DNA from: Candidatus Kapaibacterium sp.
Lineage (GTDB): Bacteria; Bacteroidota; Ignavibacteria; Kapaibacteriales; UBA2268
Assembly (NCBI GenBank): GCA_963664875.1
Contig: OY761611.1
Location: 32,001-96,000 of the forward strand
Direction of reading: 5' to 3'
Length of the DNA stretch: 64,000 bases
Each line of letters begins with the position of its first letter. Within the stretch, counting starts at the first letter, position 1. The notes beneath the pieces are model-generated. The model made no database searches and was not told the DNA's origin. It saw only the letters and a list, made by a program, of their open reading frames with translations. The position numbers and the translations under genes are program-made. Shown here piece by piece: positions 9,415-19,300 of this stretch.

Positions 9415-10164
9415 CTAAACAATGCCCAACATTCTGACTGCCATTATCAAAATTGCAACTATCATGACTATTTTAATAGCTTTTTCGCCTTTTTTGACTG
9501 CTAACTTGGCAGAAATCCATGCACCTGTGGAGGTTCCTGCTGCCATAGCAAGTCCAAGAGGCCAATTTACATTACCTGAAAAAGCAAAAATCAATAAGGA
9601 TGGGATAGTAAAGAAAAAGACAATAAATACCTTATGCATATTTACAAAGTCTAAGCGAAGTTTAAGTATATTGTAGAGTGCAGCCATTAGTAAAAAGCCA
9701 ACTCCTACCTGCATAAAACCACCGTAGAATCCGATGATAAACATCGCTGTAAATATTTTAAAATTAGATTGATTTTCGGCATCTTCTATTATTTCTATTT
9801 TCTTGCGTGGCAGAAGCATCGAAATAACTACGCCAATCATCGCAATGCTGAGTATGATTTTGAACGTTTCATTACTCATATTGATAGCAAAAAATGCTCC
9901 TGTGATAGCTCCGGGTAAAGTAAAAAGTGCCATTTTCAAACTGATTTTGAACTTAGAGTATTTTTCTTTTCTAAAGGAAACGATGGCAGATAAGTTTTGT
10001 AGTAATATCCCTACTCTGTTTGTTCCATTGGCTAAGGGTGCATCCATTCCCATAAAAATCAATGCAGGCAAAAGTAAGGTAGAGCCTCCGCCTGCCATAA
10101 CATTGATAAAGCCTGATACCAGACCAAGACCGAAAAGTAAAAGTATATTTTCCGGAGTTATCAT
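9415..10164 (-). CDS. TauE/SafE (TSUP) family permease
   Basis: GFINVMAGGGS, ANGTNR, GFYGGF motifs; about 8 TM segments. Confidence 0.9.
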   Translation of the reverse strand: MITPENILLLFGLGLVSGFINVMAGGGSTLLLPALIFMGMDAPLANGTNRVGILLQNLSAIVSFRKEKYSKFKISLKMALFTLPGAITGAFFAINMSNETFKIILSIAMIGVVISMLLPRKKIEIIEDAENQSNFKIFTAMFIIGFYGGFMQVGVGFLLMAALYNILKLRLDFVNMHKVFIVFFFTIPSLLIFAFSGNVNWPLGLAMAAGTSTGAWISAKLAVKKGEKAIKIVMIVAILIMAVRMLGIV

Positions 10165-11516
10165 TTTGTTCCTTCTTCAATTGATTTGCTGGCATTTACC
10201 ACCTGACCGGATCTCAACTTAATAGAAAGGCTAATAATTTTTCCATCATCATTTTTTTCAAACTCTAAAGGAGATTCCATATCTTCAATAATAAATTTTG
10301 TATCTGAAAGTGGGAGTAATCTGTAAATGCCCCAATTTGCACTTTCTAAGGTTAGGTAATCTAATTCACGGTTGATGGCAATTTGTTCCCATGGCAAACT
10401 ATAAGTGCCCATGTAATCAGCAAACTTTCTTTCTTCTATTTTGATAGGTTCTGTTTTTTTTGGATTATCAGGTAAGTATGCGAGAGGTGCGTCGGGATTT
10501 GCCTTTGTGTCTATTGCATCAATTGCTTTCAGGCACAATTTTTCGAAATCTACATAAGTCATAGACTTCCCGGCGTAAGTATCCATCCTGTTTACTATCA
10601 CCATATCAGACTTAGGAATGACAGCAAGAAAATGTCCGGCACCGGCAGCTATTATTGCATTCTGCTTGCCAAGTTCTCCTTTGGGTATCCACCACATCAA
10701 ACCATGTCCTTCGAAAACCTGTGCGAAAGAACCAATATCAGTACTTCTCGGATAGCTTGAAATGTTGTACCACGCTTCAGAAAACAATGTTTGGTTGCCC
10801 CATTTTCCTTTATTGAGATAGAGCATTCCAAGTCTGGCAAAGTCTCTGGTTGACATTTTCATAGGATATGCAGGGAAAAAAGAATGTTTAGCTTCCCAAT
10901 GATGATAACCATCAATAAATCGGAAATCCTGCATTCCAAGGTTTCGGGCAATTCTAATCATAAAAAGTTCAAAAAAGTCCTGCTTAAAACCACTTTCGAG
11001 TATTTGACCAAGTACATTCGAATCCCAATTGTTCATATAGAACATAGATCCCGGTGCGAGTGTATCTCGCTTAGGTTTAAGCTCTCTTGAGCGTGGAGAT
11101 TCATAAGCTGCATCGTGAAAGACGCAAGATCGCAAAGCGAGTAAGTCTATAATTTTTGCATTTTTTTCGTTATCGGAGAGTTTGCCCATGTCATCTATAC
11201 CCATTTGGGCTAATGTCAGATTTGTATCAATCTGACCTTGAGACACAAATGTACCGTAAAGGGCATGAATCAAATTATTACGTAGGGAGTGAAGCATAAA
11301 TCTTCGGTAAATATCACCCCACGAAGCAGCTACTCTGCCGTTTCTTATCATCATAAAAGCATCACTCTTCAAACTGTCGAAGTCTGATTTGAGCTCCTCC
11401 ATCTTTTTTGTATTTAAACCGGCATCTTCATAATTTGTATAAATTTGCCAAGGACCGGCTGCCGTTTCAGATGCTAATAAGGCAAAAACAAGCAATATCG
11501 CATAAAAGAATTTCAA
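10161..11516 (-). CDS. Exported beta-lactamase-fold serine hydrolase (class C-like) with degenerate catalytic motifs
   Basis: Signal peptide; PGSMFYMNN, MSTRDFARLGMLYLNKGKW, GHGLMWW. SxxK reads SLRN. Confidence 0.8.
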   Translation of the reverse strand: MKFFYAILLVFALLASETAAGPWQIYTNYEDAGLNTKKMEELKSDFDSLKSDAFMMIRNGRVAASWGDIYRRFMLHSLRNNLIHALYGTFVSQGQIDTNLTLAQMGIDDMGKLSDNEKNAKIIDLLALRSCVFHDAAYESPRSRELKPKRDTLAPGSMFYMNNWDSNVLGQILESGFKQDFFELFMIRIARNLGMQDFRFIDGYHHWEAKHSFFPAYPMKMSTRDFARLGMLYLNKGKWGNQTLFSEAWYNISSYPRSTDIGSFAQVFEGHGLMWWIPKGELGKQNAIIAAGAGHFLAVIPKSDMVIVNRMDTYAGKSMTYVDFEKLCLKAIDAIDTKANPDAPLAYLPDNPKKTEPIKIEERKFADYMGTYSLPWEQIAINRELDYLTLESANWGIYRLLPLSDTKFIIEDMESPLEFEKNDDGKIISLSIKLRSGQVVNASKSIEEGTK

Positions 11517-11651
11517 ATCTAAACTCCGGTATCTAAAAAGACAAATATATATATTTCAATTCAAAATATTGCTATCTAATATATTTAGCTCAAAAATCCG
11601 AACAAAAACGATTACTATTTTTACAATTTTTTGCCAACAATAATTATTAAA

Positions 11652-11667
11652 TCGACAAAATTGTCGA
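11652..11667. promoter_or_regulatory. Palindrome TCGACAA-aa-TTGTCGA, candidate activator site
   Basis: Perfect 7-bp IR about 55 bp upstream of a sigma54-like promoter. Confidence 0.4.
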
Positions 11668-11721
11668 GAGTTCCAAATTACAAAATGCAGGATATTTGCA
11701 AATAAACGGCATTATTGCTAA

Positions 11722-11737
11722 TGGCACGAATCTTGTA
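11722..11737 (+). promoter_or_regulatory. Sigma54-like -24/-12 promoter
   Basis: TGGCACG-aatc-TTGTA vs consensus TGGCACG-N4-TTGCW; correct spacing, one mismatch at -12. Confidence 0.55.
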
Positions 11738-11783
11738 TAATAAAAACTATAATTGTAAAACACATTTATTTTCGGAGAATAAA

Positions 11784-12071
11784 ATGAAGAGATTTTTTGC
11801 AACACTTATGTTGGGTGCCTTCTTATTCGGTGCTGGCTCAATGGTTTTAACAGCTCAAGATAATATGAAACCGGTTTCTAAAAAAGAAATTATTTCTTCT
11901 GATAAAAAAGTTGAAAAGAAAGAAGCTTGCTGCGACAAAACACAGAAAAAAGACGGCACTTGCACTGACAAAAAAACTGACAAAAAAGAAGCTTGCTGCT
12001 CTGATAAAAAATCAGGTTGCAATGACGCTAAACAAGGTCATAAACACACTGGTTGCAACGGCCACAAATAA
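11784..12071 (+). CDS. Small exported Cys/Lys-rich protein (possible metal-binding)
   Basis: ATG at 11784 after GGAGA; signal peptide; two KKEACC repeats, 7 Cys, His-rich tail GHKHTGCNGHK. Confidence 0.7.
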   Translation: MKRFFATLMLGAFLFGAGSMVLTAQDNMKPVSKKEIISSDKKVEKKEACCDKTQKKDGTCTDKKTDKKEACCSDKKSGCNDAKQGHKHTGCNGHK

Positions 12072-12098
12072 GCTTACTAAAGCTAAATTTCTATAAAG

Positions 12099-12134
12099 CA
12101 AAGCCCTTCACTACATATTAGTTAAGGGCTTTTT
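12099..12134. terminator. Intrinsic terminator
   Basis: aaagccctt...aagggcttttt hairpin with T-tract between convergent genes. Confidence 0.7.
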
Positions 12135-12168
12135 AGTTTTTTAAAATTCTTCTTGCCGGAAGTATTCA

Positions 12169-14226
12169 CTATTCGACAATATAAATAGCTTTTGTGTCGG
12201 AAAAGTTAGCTGAGAGAATTTTTACAAAGTATGCTCCGGTGCTGAGCTGTTCGCTGAGGAAACGCAATTCATTGTCTGAAGAACTTATTGTGCCTTCAAA
12301 TATAGTTCTGATATAGTTCCCATTCAAATCATATAGCTTTACCGAGTGAAACGAGCCCGCCGGCAAATGATAAAGCAGTGTTGCATATTCTCCGTTTTTG
12401 AGAACATTGGGAAAAATTTTGCTGTCTATAATATCATCTTTACTTTCGACAAGGCTGTATGTGCCGCCTATGCTTTTGTGCAATACGCTCATAGGATCTA
12501 TTTCGACAAAGTTAAATCCTTTAGGTGTAATGAAGTCGAATAGCTGATGTTGTTTGTCGTTAATAAATTGATTGCTGATAAAAATAATATTGTCGCTTCC
12601 GTCAGTCAATTTGAATCTAATCGGCATCTTATAAAATTCGGGAGCGAATTTGTTGATTTGTTGCTGATCAATGCTGACAAATACTTTTAGACTATCTGTG
12701 GAGTATTCTTCTGTTTTATATCCGATTTTATAAATAGGATGTCCCGGCATATCCAACCACTGATAGAAAAAAGTATCCCAGTCGATTGGTGGATTAGGGA
12801 TTAAGTCTTTCAATGCCTCTTTGAACATATCAGTGCTTACGGATTGATACTTATATCTGTCTAATATTCCTCTTAGTGCAGCAAGAAAATTATCTTTCCC
12901 AACCATTTCGCTCATCATGTGGTAAAACCAGCCGGATTTGTAGTACGCTAAAGTATATTGGCTACCAAATATTTCGTATGTGTTCATCTGTCTGATAGCT
13001 GTTGTAACTTCGTTGTCCATGAAATATCGATTTGCATAATTACGTAATACTCCTTCATAATACGAAGGATCCCAAGAGCTAAGAAAGAGGGCTTCACTCC
13101 AGGTAGCTCCACCTTCATTTATCCAAATATCCTGCCACGAATTGCATGTTATCAAATCACCTAACCAATGGTGAGCAAGTTCGTGAGCTATGCCATGAGA
13201 AACATTACCGGTTAGCCAGTTACGGTGTACAGAAGTAGCAGTTTGATGTTCCATACCTCCAAAAGAAAAAGGTGCAACACAGATATGAGCATACTTTTCA
13301 AATGGGTAGTCGCCAAAGTTTAGTTCAAAGAAAGACATCATTTCAGGGAAATTAGCAAAAGTTCTGTTTGCATCTAATACTCCGTTGCTGACAGTATCTT
13401 GTGCCCATACATAATGCTGAATTTCTATGTTTCCGCTTTGGTTCTTCAATGGATATGATTGAGTAAGTTTAATATATTTAGAAGCATTTGCTACCATGAG
13501 GTAGGTCGCCATAGGATGTGCAGATTTCCAGTTAAAAATTGTATATTTATCACCATTTTCAGTGCTCTGGAGCAGTCCGTTAGAAATGAATTCAAATCCT
13601 GTCGGCACTTTACCGCTAATTTCGACAATAGCTTTGTCTGAAGGCAAATCACTACAAGGTACCCAATATCTTGCATCATCAGGTTCGCTCATGGTGTAGG
13701 CTATAACTTCGGGATTATAATTGTAACTTACTGAAGCCGGTTTATTAAATAGATAGAATCCTTTTGCTTGCTCGCTGCTGAATGTAAAGTATATTTTTAC
13801 ATTGATGTCTGCCTCAGGCGAAAGAGGAGATGAAAAATTTACAGAAAGCAATTCAGGCATTTTTTGAAAATCCGTCCATTTTATGTTATCCACAAAGACA
13901 GAATCAATAATCAAAGTGCTTTGAGCATCGAAAAGCAATCTGTCAGTCTCTTCTTGGATTGTAAGGCTTATGGAATTGATTCCACTGTAAGTCTTAGTAG
14001 GTTTCTCAGGTGAATTGAGAGCATTGTACCAATCCAAAAAAATCTGATACTTTTTTACATCGTAATTTTTAGAAACAGGTTCTGCTAATAATTCATCTGA
14101 ATGCAGATGTTTATGTATGTTGCAGATTTTTTGCTCAAAATGTGAACCCTGAATCATATAGTCAGGTGTTTGTGCAAAACTATTTGTAATAAAGAGAATG
14201 GCTACAAGACAGTGTATTAGTTTCAT
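12169..14226 (-). CDS. M1-family aminopeptidase with C-terminal T9SS-like sorting domain
   Basis: Signal peptide; GGMEH; HELAH...WINEG zinc motif; tail IFPN...VKLYDLNG...LSTGAYFVKI. Confidence 0.9.
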   Translation of the reverse strand: MKLIHCLVAILFITNSFAQTPDYMIQGSHFEQKICNIHKHLHSDELLAEPVSKNYDVKKYQIFLDWYNALNSPEKPTKTYSGINSISLTIQEETDRLLFDAQSTLIIDSVFVDNIKWTDFQKMPELLSVNFSSPLSPEADINVKIYFTFSSEQAKGFYLFNKPASVSYNYNPEVIAYTMSEPDDARYWVPCSDLPSDKAIVEISGKVPTGFEFISNGLLQSTENGDKYTIFNWKSAHPMATYLMVANASKYIKLTQSYPLKNQSGNIEIQHYVWAQDTVSNGVLDANRTFANFPEMMSFFELNFGDYPFEKYAHICVAPFSFGGMEHQTATSVHRNWLTGNVSHGIAHELAHHWLGDLITCNSWQDIWINEGGATWSEALFLSSWDPSYYEGVLRNYANRYFMDNEVTTAIRQMNTYEIFGSQYTLAYYKSGWFYHMMSEMVGKDNFLAALRGILDRYKYQSVSTDMFKEALKDLIPNPPIDWDTFFYQWLDMPGHPIYKIGYKTEEYSTDSLKVFVSIDQQQINKFAPEFYKMPIRFKLTDGSDNIIFISNQFINDKQHQLFDFITPKGFNFVEIDPMSVLHKSIGGTYSLVESKDDIIDSKIFPNVLKNGEYATLLYHLPAGSFHSVKLYDLNGNYIRTIFEGTISSSDNELRFLSEQLSTGAYFVKILSANFSDTKAIYIVE

Positions 14227-14362
14227 TCCTTAACCCAATTTTATGTAAATGTTAGAAAAATTCTTGAAATTGCAAAATAATCAAAAATCATTAAAAGGCT
14301 TAGCCGTTTACTAAATAAACCACAAAATACGAAAAAGTTACATTAATACTAGGTAATAGCTT

Positions 14363-15184
14363 ATGGATACTAATTATAATATCCGCATGAATAATGGATT
14401 GGATATACCTGCCCTCGGTTTGGGTACTTACTTATGCGATCCCGGCGACGAAACCTATAATGCAGTTCGCACTGCTTTGGATTATGATTATCGGCATATT
14501 GACACAGCTTCAATTTACGACAACGAAGCAGATGTAGGGCGTGCAATTAGAGATAGCGGTGTGCCGCGCGAAAAGATTTTTGTAACCACAAAGCTATGGA
14601 ATACCGATCAGGGCTATGACAAAGCTCTTCTCGCTTTCGATAAGAGTCTAAAGGAATTGGATATAGAATATATCGATTTATTTTTGATTCACTGGCCTTT
14701 GGCTAAGCTAAGAAACGAATCATGGAAAGCTCTTGAGAAAATTTACAGAGATGGAAAAGTAAAAGCTATTGGTGTCAGTAACTTTATGGTTAAGCATCTT
14801 GAGCAGCTATTGGAAGAAGCCAGTATAGTTCCTGCTGTCAATCAGATAGAATTTACTCCTTACTTATATCAAAAAGAATTATTGGATTATTGCAGAGAGA
14901 AAGATATAGTAGTCGAAGCATATTCACCGCTTACTCGTGGTTATAAATTAGAGGATCCGAGACTTGTCGGGCTTGCAATGAAATACGGAAAAACTCCGGC
15001 TCAACTTCTTCTTCGTTGGATAATTCAACACGATATGGTTTGTCTGCCTAAATCACTAAGAACTGACAGAATTAAAGAAAATGCTGATATATTCGAGTTT
15101 TATATTTCTGCAAACGATATGAAAATCCTAAGCTCGTTTAATGAAGGCTTTAGAGTAGATTGGAATCCGTCAACAATCCCTTAA
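14363..15184 (+). CDS. Aldo/keto reductase
   Basis: LGLGTY, YRHIDTASIY, TTKLWN, DLFLIHWP, AIGVSNF, AYSPL. Confidence 0.95.
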   Translation: MDTNYNIRMNNGLDIPALGLGTYLCDPGDETYNAVRTALDYDYRHIDTASIYDNEADVGRAIRDSGVPREKIFVTTKLWNTDQGYDKALLAFDKSLKELDIEYIDLFLIHWPLAKLRNESWKALEKIYRDGKVKAIGVSNFMVKHLEQLLEEASIVPAVNQIEFTPYLYQKELLDYCREKDIVVEAYSPLTRGYKLEDPRLVGLAMKYGKTPAQLLLRWIIQHDMVCLPKSLRTDRIKENADIFEFYISANDMKILSSFNEGFRVDWNPSTIP

Positions 15185-15186
15185 TT

Positions 15187-15202
15187 TGGCGTGATATTTG
15201 CT
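15187..15202 (+). promoter_or_regulatory. Sigma54 -24/-12 promoter
   Basis: TGGCGTG-atat-TTGCT with correct GG/GC spacing, about 30 nt before GGAG and the ATG at 15234. Confidence 0.65.
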
Positions 15203-15233
15203 TAAGTCTTTACAATAATTGGAGTTATTGTAA

Positions 15234-16463
15234 ATGGCAAAAACATCGGGCATAGGAGCAGGGGCAAAAGCAGGTTTGGTGTCGAATATTGGTCATAATT
15301 CTACACAAAACCAATATTACTCTATGCCCAAAAAAAATAAAAGTACCCAAATTTCTCAGTTACGTTCCGGAGAGATTTTACAAGGAAAAATATTAGAAAT
15401 TGTAAACGACAATATAGCCAAAGTTAGTTTGCCTATAGGTATTTTCAACGCTTTGCTTCATGGAAAGCTAAAAACAGGTGATAGCTTGTTTTTCCTTGTA
15501 AAATCTTTGGAACCCTCTCTGACTCTTTCTGTTCATTCCGTTTCTTCTGTGCAAAACGGCAGAAAAATTCCTGTTGAAGAAGCTATACGTATGCTTGATC
15601 TGCCTGATACAGAAATATACCACAAAATTACTGAATGGATAATAAAACACGAAAGCAAGGTAAATCGTGAAGATGTATTGCTTACTGCATCTTCTCTTGC
15701 TGAGTTGCCGGCAGATGTTGTCAAAGGTAAAAACTTAGAATCAGTAATCAAATTGATATTCAATCAGATTCACTCTGAAACTGATTTGACTATAGAACTG
15801 TTTGAAAAACTATACCCTCTTTTCAAAAAAGTAGATGAACACGAAAAGACCTTTGATCTGCTGTTCAATCAGATACTCAAAGAAAAAGATAAGCCTTTGT
15901 TTAACCAATTTACACAAATGACAAATATCAAAAGCTTTTCCGGCATAACTGATTTAAATAAAGAAGTCGGGGGCAATCCTGTTCTAAAAAATTTGCTTCT
16001 TCCTGAGATTTTTTCTACTCTTTCGGAAGCAGAAAAGCAAGCTGCAATGGAATACAGTGACATAGTTTCTGCTGTTGCGGTTTGGAATAGCCTTGCAGTG
16101 CAAAGCAACCTTGCAATGTACTATTTTGTTCCGTTTTTATGGGCGGGTACATTTTATGCAGCATTGCTGACAATCAAAAAGCAAAGACACAAAAAACCTA
16201 CTAAAAGCTCAAAAGAGACATCAGAATCTGAATTAAGCGAATTTGACGACTCTTTGAAACTTACCGGACTCCTTGGTCATTTGTTTGACGGTTCCGGTGA
16301 TTTGAGAGCTTTTCTGACAAATTTTGCCGTATCTTTGAGGCAGCGTTTGCTTTCTCTCAATTATGATATGAGCTCTTTCAAATTCTCTATGGACGGCAGC
16401 GAAGAAGAAATGCTAAATAATAGTTCGCCTAATACGCCTATAAACTTTTCCGTGGTTGTATAA
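15234..16463 (+). CDS. Hypothetical protein, possibly FliK-like (hook-length control)
   Basis: N-terminal LRSGEILQGKILE...LKTGDSLFFLVKSLEPSLTL beta-domain resembles FliK-like proteins; sigma54 promoter upstream. Confidence 0.4.
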   Translation: MAKTSGIGAGAKAGLVSNIGHNSTQNQYYSMPKKNKSTQISQLRSGEILQGKILEIVNDNIAKVSLPIGIFNALLHGKLKTGDSLFFLVKSLEPSLTLSVHSVSSVQNGRKIPVEEAIRMLDLPDTEIYHKITEWIIKHESKVNREDVLLTASSLAELPADVVKGKNLESVIKLIFNQIHSETDLTIELFEKLYPLFKKVDEHEKTFDLLFNQILKEKDKPLFNQFTQMTNIKSFSGITDLNKEVGGNPVLKNLLLPEIFSTLSEAEKQAAMEYSDIVSAVAVWNSLAVQSNLAMYYFVPFLWAGTFYAALLTIKKQRHKKPTKSSKETSESELSEFDDSLKLTGLLGHLFDGSGDLRAFLTNFAVSLRQRLLSLNYDMSSFKFSMDGSEEEMLNNSSPNTPINFSVVV

Positions 16464-16478
16464 TACTTTTTGTTTAAA

Positions 16479-16892
16479 ATGAAACTACTAATCTTGTTTT
16501 TACTGATGGCAATCAGCACCTATGCTGCCGACATCAATTTAAAAGTTAAAGGTCTGGAATCAGGTGACGGACAGCTAATTATATATCTTTATAACGACTC
16601 TGATGCCTTTCCGACCAAACCGGAGAAAGCTTACAAAAAGTACTTTAGTGAGATTAAAGATAAAAGCTCATCCATTGTATTAAAAGATATACCGGCAGGC
16701 ATATATGCGATTGCAGTGGTACATGACGAAGATAAGGATTCGGAACTCGATACTAATTTTTTAGGCATGCCATCGGAAGATGTAGCTGCATCTAATAATG
16801 CAAAAGGCTCTTTTGGGCCTCCAAAATTCAAAGATGCAGCATTTAAAGTAACTGAAAAAAATATAGAACTGCTTATAGATTTTAGCTTATAG
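16479..16892 (+). CDS. DUF2141 family exported protein
   Basis: GIYAIAVVHDED...LDTNFLGMPSE..AASNNAKGSFGPPKFKDAAF. Confidence 0.85.
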   Translation: MKLLILFLLMAISTYAADINLKVKGLESGDGQLIIYLYNDSDAFPTKPEKAYKKYFSEIKDKSSSIVLKDIPAGIYAIAVVHDEDKDSELDTNFLGMPSEDVAASNNAKGSFGPPKFKDAAFKVTEKNIELLIDFSL

Positions 16893-16956
16893 TCTATAAG
16901 TTTTTATGTATTTTTGTCTCTATTTTTATACAATTATATTGTAAAGGTGTCAAAAT

Positions 16957-18852
16957 ATGGCAAAATGGCAAATCGAAGACTCTGCTGAGCTTTACAACAT
17001 AAGAGGCTGGGGAGCAAACTACTTTTCTATCAATGAAAAAGGTAATGTTTGTGTTTCGACAGGAAAATACAATGCAAAAATCGAATTGAAAGAAATTATC
17101 GACGAATTGCAGATAAAAGATGTATCTACTCCTGTGCTTCTTCGTTTTTCTGATATCTTAGCTGATAGGATAGAAGTGTTCCATAAATGTTTTAAACGTG
17201 CTGCGGAAGAGTACGAATATAAAGCAAGTAACTATATTATCTATCCAATCAAAGTTAATCAGAACCGCCCGGTTCTCGAAGAAATAGTAAAACATGGTAA
17301 ACAGTATAATATTGGACTGGAAGCAGGGTCAAAACCGGAATTGCACGCAATTTTGCCAAAAACCGACAAACCTGATTCATTGATTATTTGCAATGGCTAC
17401 AAAGATGAAGACTATATCGAATTGGCATTGCTTGCTCTCAAAATGGGTAAACCTATCTACATTGTTGTAGAAAAACTTAGAGAGCTTAGGCTAATCATTA
17501 CTCTATCGAAGCAATTAAAAGTTGATCCTAATATTGGCATTCGTATCAAACTTGCCAGCTCAGGGAGTGGGAAGTGGGAGGCTTCAGGTGGTGATCGTTC
17601 CAAATTCGGTCTTTCATCAGGCGAATTGCTCGAAGCTGTCTCTATACTCGAAGAAGAAGGCATGTTGGATAGATTGAAACTCATCCATTTCCATATTGGT
17701 AGCCAGGTTACAAAAATACGTACTATCAAAAATGCAATTCGCGAAGCTTCGCATTTTTATGTTCAGCTACGCAAAATGGGTGCAGGGGTAGATTTTGTAG
17801 ATATTGGTGGTGGACTTGGTGTCGATTATGACGGCACAAACACCTCTAACCAAAGCAGCGTTAATTATACAATACAAGAGTATGTAAATGATGCTGTATT
17901 TACCATGGTAGATGCTTCAGATAAAAACGGAATACCTCACCCTAATCTTATTACAGAATCAGGACGCTCACTGACTGCTCACCATTCTGTTCTAATTTTT
18001 GATGTATTGGAGCAGACTTCTGTTCCGGGCTGGGATGGAGACTACACTGTCAGCGAAGAAGATCACGAACTGGTGCAACAATTATATGATTTGTATGTAA
18101 AGCTTAATCCTTCTAATATGCTCGAATCATGGCACGATGCTATTCAAATCAGAGAAGAAGCTCTCAATCTGTTTTCGCTTGGCTTGTTCGATTTGAAAGG
18201 AAGAGCACTGATTGATAGATTGTATTGGTCAACAGCTAAAGAAGTTTATCGGATGAGTAGAGAATTGAAACATCCGCCTGACGAATTGTCTGCTTTGGGC
18301 AAACAGCTAGCGGATAAATATTTCTGCAATTTTTCATTGTTCCAGTCACTTCCTGATGCATGGGCGATAGATCAGGTGTTCCCGATTATCCCTATTCACC
18401 GCTTAGATGAAAAGCCTGAAAAATCTTCCTCGTTGCAGGATATTACTTGCGACAGTGATGGCAAAATAGAGAATTTTATCGGATATGGAGATAATGCTTA
18501 TAGTTTGCCGGTGCATAATTTCAATGAAGATGAGCCATATTATATTGGTGTTTTCCTTGTTGGAGCTTATCAGGAAATATTAGGCGACCTGCACAATCTT
18601 TTCGGAGATACTAATGCAGTCCATATTTCGTTTACTAAAGACGGAACCTACGAAATAAAACAGATTATAGATGCAGAAACTGTTTCTGAGGTACTTTCTT
18701 ATGTGCAATATGACTCTAAAAAACTGGTTAGAGCAATGGAAGCATGGGTAACTAAGTCAGTAAAAGAAGGTAAAATAAGTGCTCTCGAAGGAAAAGAATT
18801 CCTCTCAATTTATAGATCCGGACTATACGGCACAACTTACTTAGAAAGATAA
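16957..18852 (+). CDS. speA: Biosynthetic arginine decarboxylase
   Basis: YPIKVNQ, GLEAGSKPEL, HFHIGSQ, DIGGGLGVDYDG, DITCDSDG. Confidence 0.97.
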   Translation: MAKWQIEDSAELYNIRGWGANYFSINEKGNVCVSTGKYNAKIELKEIIDELQIKDVSTPVLLRFSDILADRIEVFHKCFKRAAEEYEYKASNYIIYPIKVNQNRPVLEEIVKHGKQYNIGLEAGSKPELHAILPKTDKPDSLIICNGYKDEDYIELALLALKMGKPIYIVVEKLRELRLIITLSKQLKVDPNIGIRIKLASSGSGKWEASGGDRSKFGLSSGELLEAVSILEEEGMLDRLKLIHFHIGSQVTKIRTIKNAIREASHFYVQLRKMGAGVDFVDIGGGLGVDYDGTNTSNQSSVNYTIQEYVNDAVFTMVDASDKNGIPHPNLITESGRSLTAHHSVLIFDVLEQTSVPGWDGDYTVSEEDHELVQQLYDLYVKLNPSNMLESWHDAIQIREEALNLFSLGLFDLKGRALIDRLYWSTAKEVYRMSRELKHPPDELSALGKQLADKYFCNFSLFQSLPDAWAIDQVFPIIPIHRLDEKPEKSSSLQDITCDSDGKIENFIGYGDNAYSLPVHNFNEDEPYYIGVFLVGAYQEILGDLHNLFGDTNAVHISFTKDGTYEIKQIIDAETVSEVLSYVQYDSKKLVRAMEAWVTKSVKEGKISALEGKEFLSIYRSGLYGTTYLER

Positions 18853-19190
18853 TGTCTAAAAAGAAATATAAAATATATGACCCGAATACTATTAGAGTTG
18901 TCAAAAAAGGCGACCAGACTGTTGGTATTCAAAAAATTGAAAAGACAAACGAAGCTCCCAAGAGCAACTCGGTTGTAAAACATACTTTTGGAGATAGTGA
19001 TACCCAAAGAGCTAAAAAAGAGCAAATAATTCGCTCTCAATCTTTGGCACTTATCAGAAAAAAATATCAGATGGTATCGGATCAAGATTTAAAGCTCGAA
19101 AGCAGATTACTAATTTTCAATAAGAGGCTTAAAGAGTTTCCTGTAAAAAATATAGTTACAGTGATTAAAGCTCTTCTGAAAGATAAGTAA
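18852..19190 (+). CDS. Small basic hypothetical protein
   Basis: 112-aa ORF overlapping the speA stop (TAATG), followed by a terminator. Confidence 0.6.
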   Translation: MSKKKYKIYDPNTIRVVKKGDQTVGIQKIEKTNEAPKSNSVVKHTFGDSDTQRAKKEQIIRSQSLALIRKKYQMVSDQDLKLESRLLIFNKRLKEFPVKNIVTVIKALLKDK

Positions 19191-19206
19191 GCATATATTT
19201 GAATGC

Positions 19207-19249
19207 AATAAAAAAAGGTATCAGATTTATATTTGATACCTTTTTTATT
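19207..19249. terminator. Bidirectional intrinsic terminator
   Basis: aataaaaaaaggtatca...tgataccttttttatt between convergent genes. Confidence 0.75.
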
Positions 19250-19300
19250 AGGGAAAATTTTAGCCGACAAAAACAGCTATAAAGTTATACTATTTAAAAG

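Noticed and set aside
11652-11667. Palindrome as another WYL operator
   Set aside because: Spacer is GACA-N4-TGTC, not N5, and its position fits a sigma54 enhancer better
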